A stretch of 64,000 nucleotides of DNA from Camelus ferus (lineage: Eukaryota): NCBI RefSeq assembly GCF_009834535.1, contig NC_045697.1, positions 103,604,001-103,668,000 of the forward strand, read 5' to 3'. Below, one piece after another: positions 39,852 to 53,327 of this stretch. Every line of letters starts with the position of its first letter. The first letter of the stretch is position 1. Position numbers and translations under genes: made by a program. Under the pieces are notes generated by a model. The model was not told where the DNA came from. It saw nothing but the letters and a program-made list of their open reading frames with translations, and did no database searches.

Positions 39852-39940
<89 letters not shown>
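39852..39940. repeat. Perfect (TG)44 microsatellite
   Basis: Uninterrupted run of 89 bp. Confidence 0.98.
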
Positions 39941-39941
<1 letters not shown>

Positions 39942-40439
39942 TACGTTTGCACTATTGTTTCTTCTCCCAAGAACTCCCACATGGCATCTGTGTTTGCTGA
40001 ATAATTAGCTATTTTTGTGACTCATGTCAAATCCCATCTCATCCACGAGGTCTTGCCCTCCTATTCTTGTTGGAAGTGCTTTCCTCCTTGACTTGTCTGC
40101 ACGTTATGTTACTGCAGCACCAGAAGGATACTTAGTTATCAGCGCACAGATCCAGTCTATAAACTCATGAGGGGTCAGAATCATTACTTGTGGGATTTGC
40201 TATGGTAACTTTCTCCTACCAAAGGCTTAAGTAGTATCTGTTGAATGTATAACACCGGTGGAAGGAGTTGCATTAGAGGTGAACCTCTAAGAACATGAAA
40301 AATGAACTAGGACATGGAGACCAGTGTCGACTTGGGGATAGCCTAAGGAAGGGACTGAAGTGAGAATGCAGGAGGTTCCTCCAGCGAACAGCAAAGATTT
40401 CACCTCAGCCTAAAGCTTAGACAGCATGAACGCCAGTAG

Positions 40440-41110
40440 TGGTTTACTTAGCCCCCCAAAAATAAACTTCACCCTGTAGGCACTGGGTGACCACTGAAGA
40501 TCTCCGAACAAGAAAGCTGTTATCAGAACTCAGTCACTGGAAGCAATAGGAAATGTGGAAGAAAAGTTCAGCCTGGAAAGGAAGACACCAGTAAGATTTC
40601 CATGGCAACAGTCTAGGGAGAAAGAGGCCATGAGAGCCTGAATGAGGGAAGTGGCTTCAGAAGCACAAAAAATACTACTGAGGTAGGATCAGGACATTTT
40701 CAAAATAATGATGTGAAGGATTCCAGTCTGAGTAACACTGTGGATAGTAGTTCCATGAAAAATTTAGACAGAAAGAGGAAGTATTGGGGAAAAAGATGAA
40801 TTCCATTTTGAATACTTTGAGCCTGAGGTCTTGTTAAGACAGTCGGGTGAAGATGGCCAGGTGGGAAGTGATAAACAAACAATGCTGAGGCTCTGGAGGA
40901 ACTGTGAGAGGGAAAGTCTGGGCTTCATCAGCGGGAAGCTGAGGGCTGGAGGCAGGGGAGCAGAGGAGGCCCCCTAAGCATACAATGTGAATAACAAACC
41001 CAGGACCAAGAACAGACCCTTGGGTCCTGTCTACAACTTGAGGGTGGCAGGAGCCAGAGGGAGTGATCAGGAGAAAAACCAACAGGGCAGCCGCGCAGAA
41101 GCCAAGTCAA
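40440..41110 (-). mobile_element. L2 LINE relic
   Basis: Purine-rich strand with gaagatgaattccattttga...tttgag, gaccaagaacagacccttggg and agaagccaag motifs. Boundaries approximate. Confidence 0.6.
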
Positions 41111-41163
41111 GAGCGTGATTTGTTGTCTAGGAAATTAACAATGAGAGATACCAAATCACTTAC

Positions 41164-41215
41164 CTTGTTGAAAAGATGAAGGTTAAAAGCATAAAACTCA
41201 GCTGAATAGAACATA
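41164..41215 (-). CDS. SLC10A7: SLC10A7 coding exon (human exon 9 equivalent), 52 nt, (I)CSIQLSFMLLTFIFST(R)
   Basis: Acceptor ttttttccttcctcag|TA, donor AG|gtaagt, phase 1/2, compatible with both neighbouring exons. Candidate branch point ctaat about 30 nt upstream. Confidence 0.96.
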
Positions 41216-42126
41216 CTGAGGAAGGAAAAAAGATGGAATCTCAATTAGCACCGAAAAAGCAGTCTGCAACATATTCACTGGCATGCTTAGTTTTATCTGA
41301 AACTTCTGGGAACTCAAACAGAAAAACAAGCCAAACAAACATACATTGTTCAAGTGACAGAATCATTTAAATGAGCAGGACTCAACTTCTCCTTACTGAA
41401 GATATCCCCGGATATAAACTATGGTGTTTGCTACTCAGGGCAACCCTAAAACCCTCTTTTTAAAGTGTGGTTATTTAATGTGTTCAATTTAGGACAAGCT
41501 GCTTTATGAGTAACTGAAAATAGCATAAATGTGGTAGCATATAACATATATTTTGGAATAACTCATGTCAATTTTAATAACAAAAGGTTCTTTAATATTA
41601 CAATTACCAAGAGTTGTCTTTGGTATTACAGGATAAATAGAAAAAAGGTTGATTTTTGAGCCTAGCAGTTAACTTGCATTTTAGAGTCTGCTGCTTCTTA
41701 AAATGAAACTATCTTACTTTGGGTATATTTTCATAGAAAAAAATTACATGAACAGTCACATTTTAACCAATACAATCCAATTACTATACTTACAAAGTGA
41801 TAGTATCGTCTAAGTCCTACTTTTAATTCACAAAAAGGGGTAAGATTCGCTCAAAGTTACAATAAAATAAGCTGGCGAAAAAGTGCTCAAATCTAACATT
41901 TGAATTTGACAGATAATGTGGCTTCTTTCATCTGACATCAACCATTGTAAATCAGACATAAAAAACAAAGGAGATTAAGTCATAAGTGCATAACTGATGT
42001 CTTTTTAAAGAGCAGATCCACATGAGAAAGGCACTGAGTCCGTACATACAATATGAAATGAAGTATTCTCTTCTGATCAAATTAACGTTGGAAATGCTTA
42101 GGCACACAGGTGCCTAAGCTTTGCTA

Positions 42127-42585
<459 letters not shown>

Positions 42586-45419
42586 TCATGCCAAATGCTC
42601 TTTGCTAGCTGTCACTGAGACATGCCCATTAAGCCTCCCCAAAGTTTATCTCCTCTGCTGATCCTAATGGATGTGTGTAATTATCACAGTCCCCTTTGCC
42701 TCAACAGACAATTCCAAGTGCAACTTTGGGAATCTTAAAAATCTGACATCTTCAAGAATTTCAAGACTGTAGATAATCAAAAGTGATCCATGGAACATAT
42801 TAATATTTAAAATGCTAGCAATGCACCAGAAGTTTTTAATTAAATTATAACTCATGCTTGAAAAGCAAAAGTGCATGTGTTGTGGGAGTTTAAATAATTC
42901 AAACTCTGACTATCTAGAGTTTTTGTGAATCCAAAGACAAATGCCATTTGCATGCTTTTAGAATTCCGGAATTAACACTTAAAAATGAATAAACCTGTCC
43001 TAACGTTCCTACAAAAGGATGAGTGAAACATTAAGTCATATAGCAGTCCTCTCTTATTTTAAAATCAAATCAGAGATTTCAATCTGGGGGCAGCCTGAAC
43101 ATGGGTGATAACTTGAAGTTTGGATATAAAAGTGAACCTCTCTATTTAAAATCTTTTGCTTTTGAAAGAGGCTGAGCACACCCTGTAATGAGGACTATAG
43201 TTGAGACATATTAAGTTTTGAGTCACTCATTAGCCTGCATAATTGAACATGAGATTTCACAACAGGCGGAATTACCGTGATCCATTAGCAATAATGAGGT
43301 CAGGGAACTTCTCCTGACAAGGCTGATGGGGTTCTGTCATCGTCTACTCTGTCACTAAAAAGGCTTAATTCGCAATGAGGCATGCCTTCACACGGCCTCA
43401 AGAACAAATACACAACTCTCGAGAGAACCTGTGGATGTATGGCTATTGGATCAACTTCATCTGATCTCAAGGACAGTAAGTGAAATGTGTTTTTTAAAAA
43501 AAGAAAAAAAAAAAGAAAGAAAGAAGGAAAGGAAAGGGAGTCCCAGCAGAAAGCTGACCATTTGGTACAAGGTACAGGTGCAGACCTTGAAGGCTGGGTG
43601 GGGAGGGAAGAGAAAGAGGGTTTATAGAGAGAGACAAATAGTGTCTCTCAAGTATTTTAAAAAGTAGATCTTATCATTAAAGTTACAGCTACATCAATAA
43701 AAAATCGTGTTTTCTTTAGTTTTTGTTGAAGTGATCCCAAACCAGAGCAATTTATCTAGGCTTCATTTCTATTTTTAAAGTGTAGTGACATATAGAGACC
43801 GAAGCACCGTTCTGTCACTCAGCCATGGAATGATGTATTAGGACGCAAGTTTTGGTGCTCGAGGGACCCAGATGGCCTCACATCCAGATATGTCACCACG
43901 GGGGAAGTGCTGAGTAGAAGGCTACAGAGACTTCATTTAAAAGGTCATTTTATAACCTATTGTTTCTGGTAGTGTAAAGCTGGTAATGGCCCCAATTTAA
44001 TGCAACTCGACTTCTTTTGGAAAGAAAATAAATTACATGGAGTTATTGAAATGGATACTGTCTTCCAATTTTGTTTGAATGTACAATAGTTAAAAACACA
44101 GAAGTCCCTCTCGGCAATAGGTTATAGAACGTATGATCCCAAATCCAAAAGTCAAAGCATTTTCTCCCACCACCATCGACCCCTCTGACAAAATAAACAA
44201 ATAAATATGAATGAGGTGTAACTCGGAAGTCAAAGCCATTTGAAAGACCAAGACAAATCTCTAATCATCGATCAACTTTATAAGATGTAATTTGACTTAG
44301 TCAACATAATGACTTCTTCCTGCATTACAAAGTACTCAGGGTCTCCCTGTACATTAGGGTTCTTTTAACATGGCATGACACACAGGTTCCAAATCCCGCA
44401 CCCTCCCAGCTGGAATACCTTTCCTCTAAACACATCAATGTGTTAGTGCTGGGTACTTAATCTCGATAAAGAAAACAACTGGAAAGTTGGAAACTGGACA
44501 GACCCACGAGTGAAACAGCAGCCCTAGGGGCAAACAGGTTGTCTTTCGTTGTTCTTTGTTTTACAGTGATATTTGTCTGTGTTTTCTCAGTAAGCCATTT
44601 TATTCCTTGCCACTCTCCATAGGGCTTTTCTACCCTCTTCTAAAATTAAATTCACAAAGCAGCTGCTTTTGCCCTGTGTAGCTAGAAAAGTGTTAAAATA
44701 TTTCATAAGCTACTGGGTGAAGTCGTGTTGATACGCCTCAAATATGTGCTTTGGATATAAACTGCAGGAACCCCATCTTCTCTTATATTTTTGACACAAT
44801 CATTCTCTAATTGTTCAGAATCACTGCTGTTTTAAAATGTTCCAAACCTCTCTGCCTCATACAAATGTTTGATAACCTTAGAGGAAACAAGGCTTTGCTA
44901 GGAATAGATCAACACAACCTGATGGATCATTTGCTCTCGCAGCTCACAGAAACTCATGCACTCAAAGCTAAACAACAAATCCTCACTAATTTGTTTGCTT
45001 TTCCCTCTGGAAAGTGAAGGGAAAGACTCTTCCACAGGAAGGTTTTTATTTTATTGTCTCATCTTCTACATTTTGATTTTCTTTATTTTAAATTAAGCAC
45101 CAGGAAAGGTTAAAGGGAAACTTAAATCTGAATCCCTGTACGTCTAATAGGCTGAGCCACATATCAGTTACTGCATGACCTCCAAGGTAAACTCTGGAAA
45201 AATAATACGTCTTCGGGGAAGAAAGCTGATATACCAAGGTAAGTGTAAGAGCCATCATTTTAGGTGTCTTCATTTTTTTTTTTTCAGGGTATTTTCTTGT
45301 GGATTTTTTTTATAATTATTTTTCTGCCCTGTCTTTACATTTATAAATTGATTTTTGAGTGGGGATCATTTTTTGTGTTAAATCTAAATTTTAAAATTTA
45401 TTTTTCTCCAAGTGGCTTT

Positions 45420-46012
45420 AGATACATGCACCCCAAAATTCATAGCAGCACTATTTACAACAGCCAAGGTGTGGAAGCAACCTAAATGTCCACTGACAGA
45501 TGATTGGATAAAAAAGTTGTGGTGTGTATATACAATGAGCAATGGAATACTGCTCAGCCATAAAAAAGAATGAAATAATGCCATCTGCAGCAACATAGAT
45601 TGAACTAGAGATTATCACACTAAGTGAGGTAAGTCAGAGAAAGACAAATATCATATGATATCACTTATATGTGGAATCTAAAAAAATGGCACAAATGAAC
45701 TTATTTACAAACAGAAAGAGACTCACAGACATAGAAAACAAACTTATGGTAACCAAAAGAGAAGTGGTAGAGGGAGGGATAAATTAGGAGTTTGGGAATA
45801 GCAGATACAAACTGCTATAAATAAAATAGATAAACAACAAGGTCCTACTGTACAGCACAGGGAACTATATTCAACAGCTTATAATAACCTATAGTGAAAA
45901 AGAATACATATAATGTATAATGTATAAGTGAATCGCTATGCTGTACACCAGAAACTGACACAACATTGTAAATCAACCATACTTCAAAAGGAAAAACAAA
46001 ACAAAACAAAAA
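45420..46012 (+). mobile_element. 5'-truncated L1 (end of ORF2 plus 3' UTR)
   Basis: gatacatgcaccccaaaattcatagcagcactatttacaacagccaag...tggaagcaacctaaatgtcca encodes a DTCTP.FIAALFT.AK.WKQPKCP stretch like the L1 ORF2 C-terminus, followed by the 3' UTR and an A-rich tail. Confidence 0.92.
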
Positions 46013-46456
46013 AAGAAATGGTGGCATTTAGTGACTGCTTGGATGTAGGAGCGTTAAAATGTGAGGAGAGAGAGGAGGCAATGTGGTTTCTAGGGGGAGA
46101 GCCTGAGGCTGTGACTCTTAATTCCCAGACTGGATTATAAGAGGCAGATGTAAACACACAACCTTTTTGCTTGTAGGTAGTTGCAAGTGTGAAAGTTTAT
46201 TCTTTGAAAAAACAGAGTACTTTTAAAAAATTACCCAAGTTACTTTTGGACGACCTTTACTGCTTTATAACTTACTGTAACACTTTATTAGTGGGCACAC
46301 AAAGATGAGCCATCTAACAATTCATTATCCTATCTGGTTAAATATTCTTAACTACATAAATTATATAACCCTATATGTTTTAAAAAAAACATTGACTGGC
46401 TTAGACAAAGTTTTTTTTTTTTTGGTCCATACAGTTTATGTCAAACATTTATTATT

Positions 46457-46655
46457 TTAAATATTTATTTATGTATGTATGTAGGTATTGACATCTAGTT
46501 GATTTAAGACACTGTTAGTTTCAGGTGTTCAGCAAAGTGATTCAGTTATATGTACATATATATTCTTTTTCATATTCTTTTCCATTGTGGTTTATTATGG
46601 AATACTGAGTATATATAGTTTCTTATGCTATATACAGTAAGACCTTGTTGTGCAG
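46457..46655 (-). mobile_element. Short L1 3' end
   Basis: Reverse-complement L1 terminus. TSD acatttattatt at 46445-46456 and 46656-46667. Confidence 0.82.
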
Positions 46656-47437
46656 ACATTTATTATTAACAGAGATATTTCCAAGATTCACTAGGAGAAG
46701 AATATATGAGCCCTGAGTTATCATATGGAATTATTTTCAGAACGAAGAGAATATGTATGGGTTTAAACTAATCCACTAATCGACAGCTTAAACTGGCCAG
46801 AGCTGAGAAGGGCAGGTGGGTTCTGCCAAGCCTCTGTAAGACACAGCATTTCCCTCATTGATCATAGAACGCTCACTCATTCACTCCCTCGCTCACTCAT
46901 CCCGCACGTACTGATTGGGGGCCTATGGTCTGGGTATGGAACGGTACACACAAAAAAATGTGGTTCCCTGTCCTCATGAAGCTTACAGTCTAATGGGGGA
47001 GACAAACATTAACAGTAAACAAAAGGTAAGCATCTATTGTGACAAAGGCCAAGAAAGGACTCCCACAAGATGTCACAATAAAGAATAAGAGGGAAACATA
47101 CTCCAGACAGGTGGCCCAAAGGAGGTATGAATTAAAGAGTCCAATGAACAATGAGCTGGGGGTGGGAGGGTGGATAGATAGATGTTCTAAACAGAAAAAT
47201 TAAGCAGGAATTGAGAAAAAGCCAGGGGAGGTGAGAGTTTAGGAAATGTGGCAAAGAGGTTCGAGAGGTAGGTGACATAATATTTATTCGGAATACTTGT
47301 TATGTGAGCAGCACTAATAATTCAAGAATTATTCTATTTAATTAAATGGCATTCTCTGAGTGCTTTTAAAGCCTCCCGCATTTCCGTAAATTTAGTCTCT
47401 TTTGTAAGAATAAAATTAAAGTTTAAAAAAGTGCATG

Positions 47438-47864
47438 TGTAGTGGATGCTGTGGTGTGCCCCCCAGATCTGTCTCTTCAGGAACCAAGATGGTTATTCCC
47501 ACATCTGCAGGGTGTGTTGACTGACTGAAAGACCTCAGCTGAATTCCTCCTTGGGAACTGCTGTGCAGAGGGCAGATTCACCCAAGGTCGTACATCTCCT
47601 GGGGAGGGAGGGAAGCCGGCATCCGATGACTGCTCAGTGCAAGAAAGAGTCAAAAAGCCAGGCACCTGTGTTTTAGGCAGGACAACTCTGAGGGTCGGTC
47701 TAGCTGGAGGCCTTGCCGGGAATGCACCAGAATTCAGCTCCTTCCTCATCCCTGCCCTACTTTCCTCACTCTCCCAGAGCTGTTGATTCCATGGGTTCTC
47801 CCCCGATAAACTTCCTTCATGGAAACCTCTGTCTCAGACTTGATTTACCAGAGAATCTAAGACA
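47438..47864 (+). mobile_element. Solo LTR of ERVL class (LTR16-like)
   Basis: Starts TGTAG and ends TAAGACA. Perfect 5-bp TSD gcatg at 47433-47437 and 47865-47869. Internal motifs match the recalled LTR16-type consensus. Confidence 0.85.
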
Positions 47865-48907
47865 GCATGTAAATATTACATGTCTATACAGACACCTTTT
47901 TTTATAGTTAATACTTCAAAGAGTTGCTTCCTGTTTCGTATCTACAGGGAATTTGAAGACGATGACAGATGTTATAGGCACTTACCTGCATCAGGCTCTA
48001 GGATGCCAAAAACTTTGTATGCATCATATTTCATTTGCTCCTCACAACCTTTTATGATAGGTCCTGTTATTATACAATTAGATGAATTATGAACCTGGAG
48101 CCAGTGAGATTAAATGACTCGCCCAAGGTCACAGAGCAAATAAAAGGTAGAAATAAGAACTAGAGTCTGATTGGTCTTAATCCAGTATCTGTGCTCTTAG
48201 CCATGCTAATACACTGCCTTCCTAAGACTGACTCCTTTCTGCAGAGCATTAAATCCCATGATCTGTTACTGTGGCTCCCTGTGATTAAAACAACGGACAA
48301 CAACCTTATTTTCAAATTCGTATGCTTATAATTGAGTTACATGCTCATTATTAACCTGTTAAAAGAAGTTTAGAATTTCTTCTATTAGATTAATTCAATA
48401 AGAATGATAGAGGCAACGAAATTTTCTAAGAGCTAATTTTAAGAGCTAATAGAATTAAGTGTTTATTTTGTCAATTACAAGATCACAAATATGAGCACTG
48501 CTCTCAGAGGAGTCTAAGAAGAAGCCAGCCAAAAACAGGTGCTTGTTCCCCAAAATGACCGTAAATGCTGAGACCTTATCAGAAGTCACTGAATAAGGTA
48601 ATGACTTGATAGACGGTTTCAAGCTAGCTACAGACCTACAAAGAAGGGATCATCAATTAAAATAAAATCTAACAAATAGATTCTATGTAAGTGTCCCTAT
48701 TAATAGCCATCTGCAAAGCAGAGTGATATTTATTTAAAAAAATAAAAAGATGAGAATATTGTGATTGAGAATATTGTGATCACAGTCTCAGATTTTCACC
48801 GAACGGTTTCTTCCTCTGACTGGCTTTTCCCTCAATTGTCCTGCCCTCACATAAGAATTCACAATTTGATATATAAAGAAAAGAGGAGAGAGAGTTGGAG
48901 AACTTAC

Positions 48908-48991
48908 CTGTCCAATAATGAGAGGAACCACAACAGTCATAAAAAGCTGAGAAAAAATGGACGTAAAAGGCACAGAAGAGGATGAGCCAAG
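48908..48991 (-). CDS. SLC10A7: SLC10A7 coding exon (human exon 7 equivalent), 84 nt, [28 protein letters not shown]
   Basis: Acceptor gttttacag|CTT, donor CAG|gtaagt, phase 0/0. Overlaps track ORF 48788..48973. Matches recalled SLC10A7 sequence. Confidence 0.97.
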
Positions 48992-51900
48992 CTGTAAAAC
49001 AAGAAGGAGTTAGAATTACTGTAAATCAGGTATCAGTAATGCTGTTCACTACATACTGGGATAAAGGAATTCTCTCATAGGCACCAAAAAGTTGGTAGCT
49101 ATATACAAAGGTCAAGTGAACTTACTTTTAATTTTCTAAATTTAACACAAAACAGACTGAGCAGTTTAATGTATAATTTTTATTAGGAGACTAAGGCTAA
49201 AGAAAAATAACTAGTGTTTTACAATTAACTTAAATCATCTATCATTAAACACATTTCAGAATTGTAAGGTCATTCTGTGTTTATACTGTCTCTACTCGTG
49301 TGGCATGATTTTCCATCTATAATCATTTTCCGAGATTTCAATTCACCTGTGTGCGGATACCTAAAACAAACATGTCTCATTGTTTTCTTATCAAGATATT
49401 TTTATTTATATAAGTGAAATAGTTTCTAATTTTCCTACTCCTCCAAAACAAAGGCAATGAGTCTCATATCCTTTAAAATTTATTCTTACACAAAATCTAG
49501 GAAATGGGAAATCCTGAAACATAGCTTATTTTTCAACTTAACATTTCAATAAACCTCTCCTAAATGTGCATGTCTTAACGCTGTTCATAATTCCTACTTT
49601 CACTCCGTCCTCGTTTCTTGGTTCTTTCTTTGCTAATGACTGCAGTCTCAACTTCATAAAGATTCTGTTGCCAGCAGCACAAGGTAGTGTTCGCCCGTGA
49701 ACACTGTCACACACACTCACATTAACTTAAACTGCCACGAATTGCTATCTTCCTATTAACTTCCCAGTGTTTTTACAAAACCTCCTTTCTGAACAAACAA
49801 CAGCCAGTTCCAAAGATGTTTATCTCTTCCGTGAGTCCCTTTTGCAACCAGGTTCTCCCAAACTATCAGCGAAGGTCTTCCTGGCCCTTGGAACTTACTC
49901 TCGCCCTCCCCTTGCAGGCTAAACCTCCATTTTCATTTAGTTTCCAGTTTCATTAAACTTGGAGATATCTTCTGGAAAGTAATTTTTGTGAAAGACATTG
50001 AGATAGTTATGATGGAAGGAAGAGAATGTTAAACAAAATATACCAAATATTTAGATAAATGAGGTTCATAGCTCAGAATGAAATGCTGTGGGGTCAGTGT
50101 TTTCACTGATTTCTGCATAAACTAGCTTAGCAAAATCTTTTCTACACCCTGGTGTATTTTATAAAACTCTGTCCCTCATCCTTGGCCCCAATCTATATGC
50201 AATCAAAATGCCAAGAATGTGCCCGCATTCACTTAATACTGCCTTCAACACTGACCACTGGCTCTCAGTTTAACCCATAAAAAGGGTAGACTCTAGTCTT
50301 TTCCTCCATAACCAATATAAGCTAAAGAAATAAAGACAAGCAGAAAGAGTGAAACTGGCAAAGAACACATAGGATTTGTGGTGTGTTACATGTTACATGG
50401 CTTTTGGCTGTTCCTTTTTAGGCAAAGTCAAACTATTAAAAGCTAATAATCATACGCTATTTTAGAGCAACTATGTCTTTGGTAAACACCTAGAGCAAGG
50501 TATTTAACAAATATATTTTCTCCACAAATATTAACCCTAAGGATGCTTCTGGGGCAAGGATTGAAATAAGGAAAAATATTGTTTGCAAAGAAATTGAGGC
50601 ACTGGATAAATAGAAAAATAAACTTTAAAGAACAAAGTTTTCAAGTTCAAAACCATTCAGCTCAATGCTCTGTCCCTAAGGCTCACAATGTCTAGAGACG
50701 GGCAGTAGGGCTCAGGGTGGTAACCTTCAAGTAAAAAGTCTCAGTTCTCGCCTGGAATCTCATGGGTGATCTCACCTATCTCTGTTCCTCCTTCTACCTC
50801 AACTTTATCAAGTTATTTAATGTGATTTTCAAATGTTGTCATGAATAACCATACGGAGCTATATCCCCTCTGTCAGCCCAGTGCTTATCCCAGGAACTGG
50901 CACAGAGAATATGTTTGCAGATGCGTAAAGCTGTGCAGAATGAACAAATGAAGTGATTTGTAAACATGGGGTGCTAAAAACGTGACAAACTCTTACCCAA
51001 AAGCATATCTTTGTTTTTTCTAAAGGTAAAACAAAACAAAACCCACAAAACTTAAGTATATCTAAAGATCTCTTATTATCATGTAGCATTACAAAATCAG
51101 TTGGTATTATTTTTTTCACTGTTTATCACTAGTAACACAACTCATCTAAGGTGCACTTAGAAACAAAGAGCATCCATCCATTGATGCCAAGAACAATGTG
51201 GGCGGGTGGGGGGAGCTCCCCCGTGTGTAATCAGCAGCGGGAACGTGGTAATGCATGTTCCCTCCCTTCGTTCTCCTCAATCCCCATCTTAGCTCCTTAA
51301 TGCTGCTCTTGAGGGGAAGACCTAAAACTGATAGAATTCTAACCCTAGAAGAAACTTGTCCATTTGCTCTTTTTAAAGACTGAAAACTAAGGTCCAGAGA
51401 GAAGTGGCTTGTAATGAACACTTCTAATACCTGCGTTATTATGTGAAATTGGCTGTGCTTCTCAAACACATGCAAGCAAATCTGCTCTGTGGTAACAGTT
51501 CTCCTACCACTGGGGGGCTTGTTTGTTTAACCATAAAGTTTACTGCAGAGCAGTAAACTCAGACCAAACGGAGAGAAAAGTTAAAACGATTTCATGTATT
51601 AAGTACACTTTGGGGGTTCTTTTTAACCCCAATTCAATCTAAAGGAGAAGTAAAAGAAAACCCATTTAAACTTTGGTTTTAAGAATATTAAGTGTTTTAC
51701 TTTCTAGATCCATGACATAATAGATCACTTGTATGTTCAGTGTTTGTAAGTTCCTAGAAGACAGCGGAAAGGGCTATGGGGGGGAGGGGGAGGGGAGGAC
51801 ATTGTCCACGATCTCCAAGATCCCTTTGTCCTCTAAACACCCATGACCTCTGACCTACTTGATTAGGAACACAGGACAGAACAGCCCTCCTCTGAGGCTT

Positions 51901-53131
51901 TGTCAGATCCGAGGCCAGAGCAAGCTAGCCAGAGCTGTAATTAATTGGGTACATGAAGCCAGACTAGGTACACCGGGGATGCTGGGGGGGGGGGGAGGAT
52001 GCTGGGGAAGGGGGAAGTCCCGAAGGGTGGCTCCCTTAGAAGTGGCGCTGAAAGGAAGGAAACCTCACCACTGGGCTCTAACTTGGCATACGTCCTTCCT
52101 TTTGAATCGGCCACCAGACCTGTCGCTGTGGTCAGTGTGAAGATGCAGAGGTCCCCTTGGGGAAGTTCCTGACGCTCTGAAGTATGCCCTGGCATCCAGA
52201 AGAAAGAAGAGTGAGCATCTGCGTGTGAGAGCATGACTGGGAAATTAGACCCAATCATTTTGTATGCAGAGTTGATTTTAACTAAAACAGAAGGAAATAC
52301 GCTGCCTGGGCTATTTGGTTCTTCACATTTTAATGAGGAACCTGACATGGTTTCTATTTCAGAGAGCAGTATCTTTATAAGAAGCATCAATAATTGGCAC
52401 GTTTGGATAAAGTTGCAGGTTCAAGATAAACCTGTGTCAAGCAAGTGCTCTGGGCTTCCCTGCGCTACCTGGCAGATATAAAGGTCATATCTGCTGCCAA
52501 CCCGTGCTTTAACATACCGAATGTGAGAAAACCAATCCAGGCATTGGCTAATTCTTTCAGGAATAAAGTGCTTTAGAGCAGAGAACTCACAATTACGTTG
52601 ATTTGTTTTAATATGCTGAGAAGAAATGTTTTCCGTGAAAATGAAATATGTAGGAATTTAAGACCTTTGTTCAATCACTCAGTTAGTTACTGGTGCCCCC
52701 TGTGAGCCAGGGTCATGTTCTAGGCTCTGGGGATTCAACAGTGAACAAAATACCAAACCGCTCCTCTCCAGGAGCTGCTTTTTAAAGTCTGAGGTCTGTA
52801 TACAGGTCCACCCATCACCAAGTGCACACGTGCTCCTTTGTATGGAATGTCTTCCCCCCACTTATAACTGGGAAAATTCCAGTCTTTATCTAAGAATTAG
52901 TTCAAGCATCACTTCTTTAGAAATTATTTCCAAACCTTCCTCTCAAAATGCACACTTGGCCACCCCCTCTTTTGTGGCTCTGTGTTTCCACTGTTCTACT
53001 CAGAATCCTTGGTTTTTCTTATTTACACATCTGTCTCTCCCAATAGACTATGTTTCTGAAGGTCAGGGACACGGGCATCTTTATGTTTATATTCCAGGTG
53101 TCCAGAGCGCAACTATGTTTTACATGTAGGG

Positions 53132-53327
53132 CAGTGGTTCTCAAACATTATCACACCAGAAGCATCTGGAGGGCTTGTTAAAACACCTATTCCAAGGCCC
53201 CACCATCAGAGTTTCCGATTTGGAATACCTGGGGGGAGGGATGAGGGGAGGATGGTAAGAACTTGCATTTCTAACAACCCCCAAGTGACGCTGCTGCTGA
53301 GCTGGGGTTCACACTTGAGAACCACTA
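53132..53327. mobile_element. MER5A-type non-autonomous hAT DNA transposon
   Basis: Terminal inverted repeats cagtggttctcaa...ttgagaaccact. Internal ggagggcttgttaaaac and ttgcatttctaaca. Confidence 0.88.

Noticed and set aside
48751..48780. 15-bp perfect tandem duplication tgagaatattgtgat near exon 7
   Set aside because: Ordinary slippage duplication, more than 120 nt from the donor, with no evident function.
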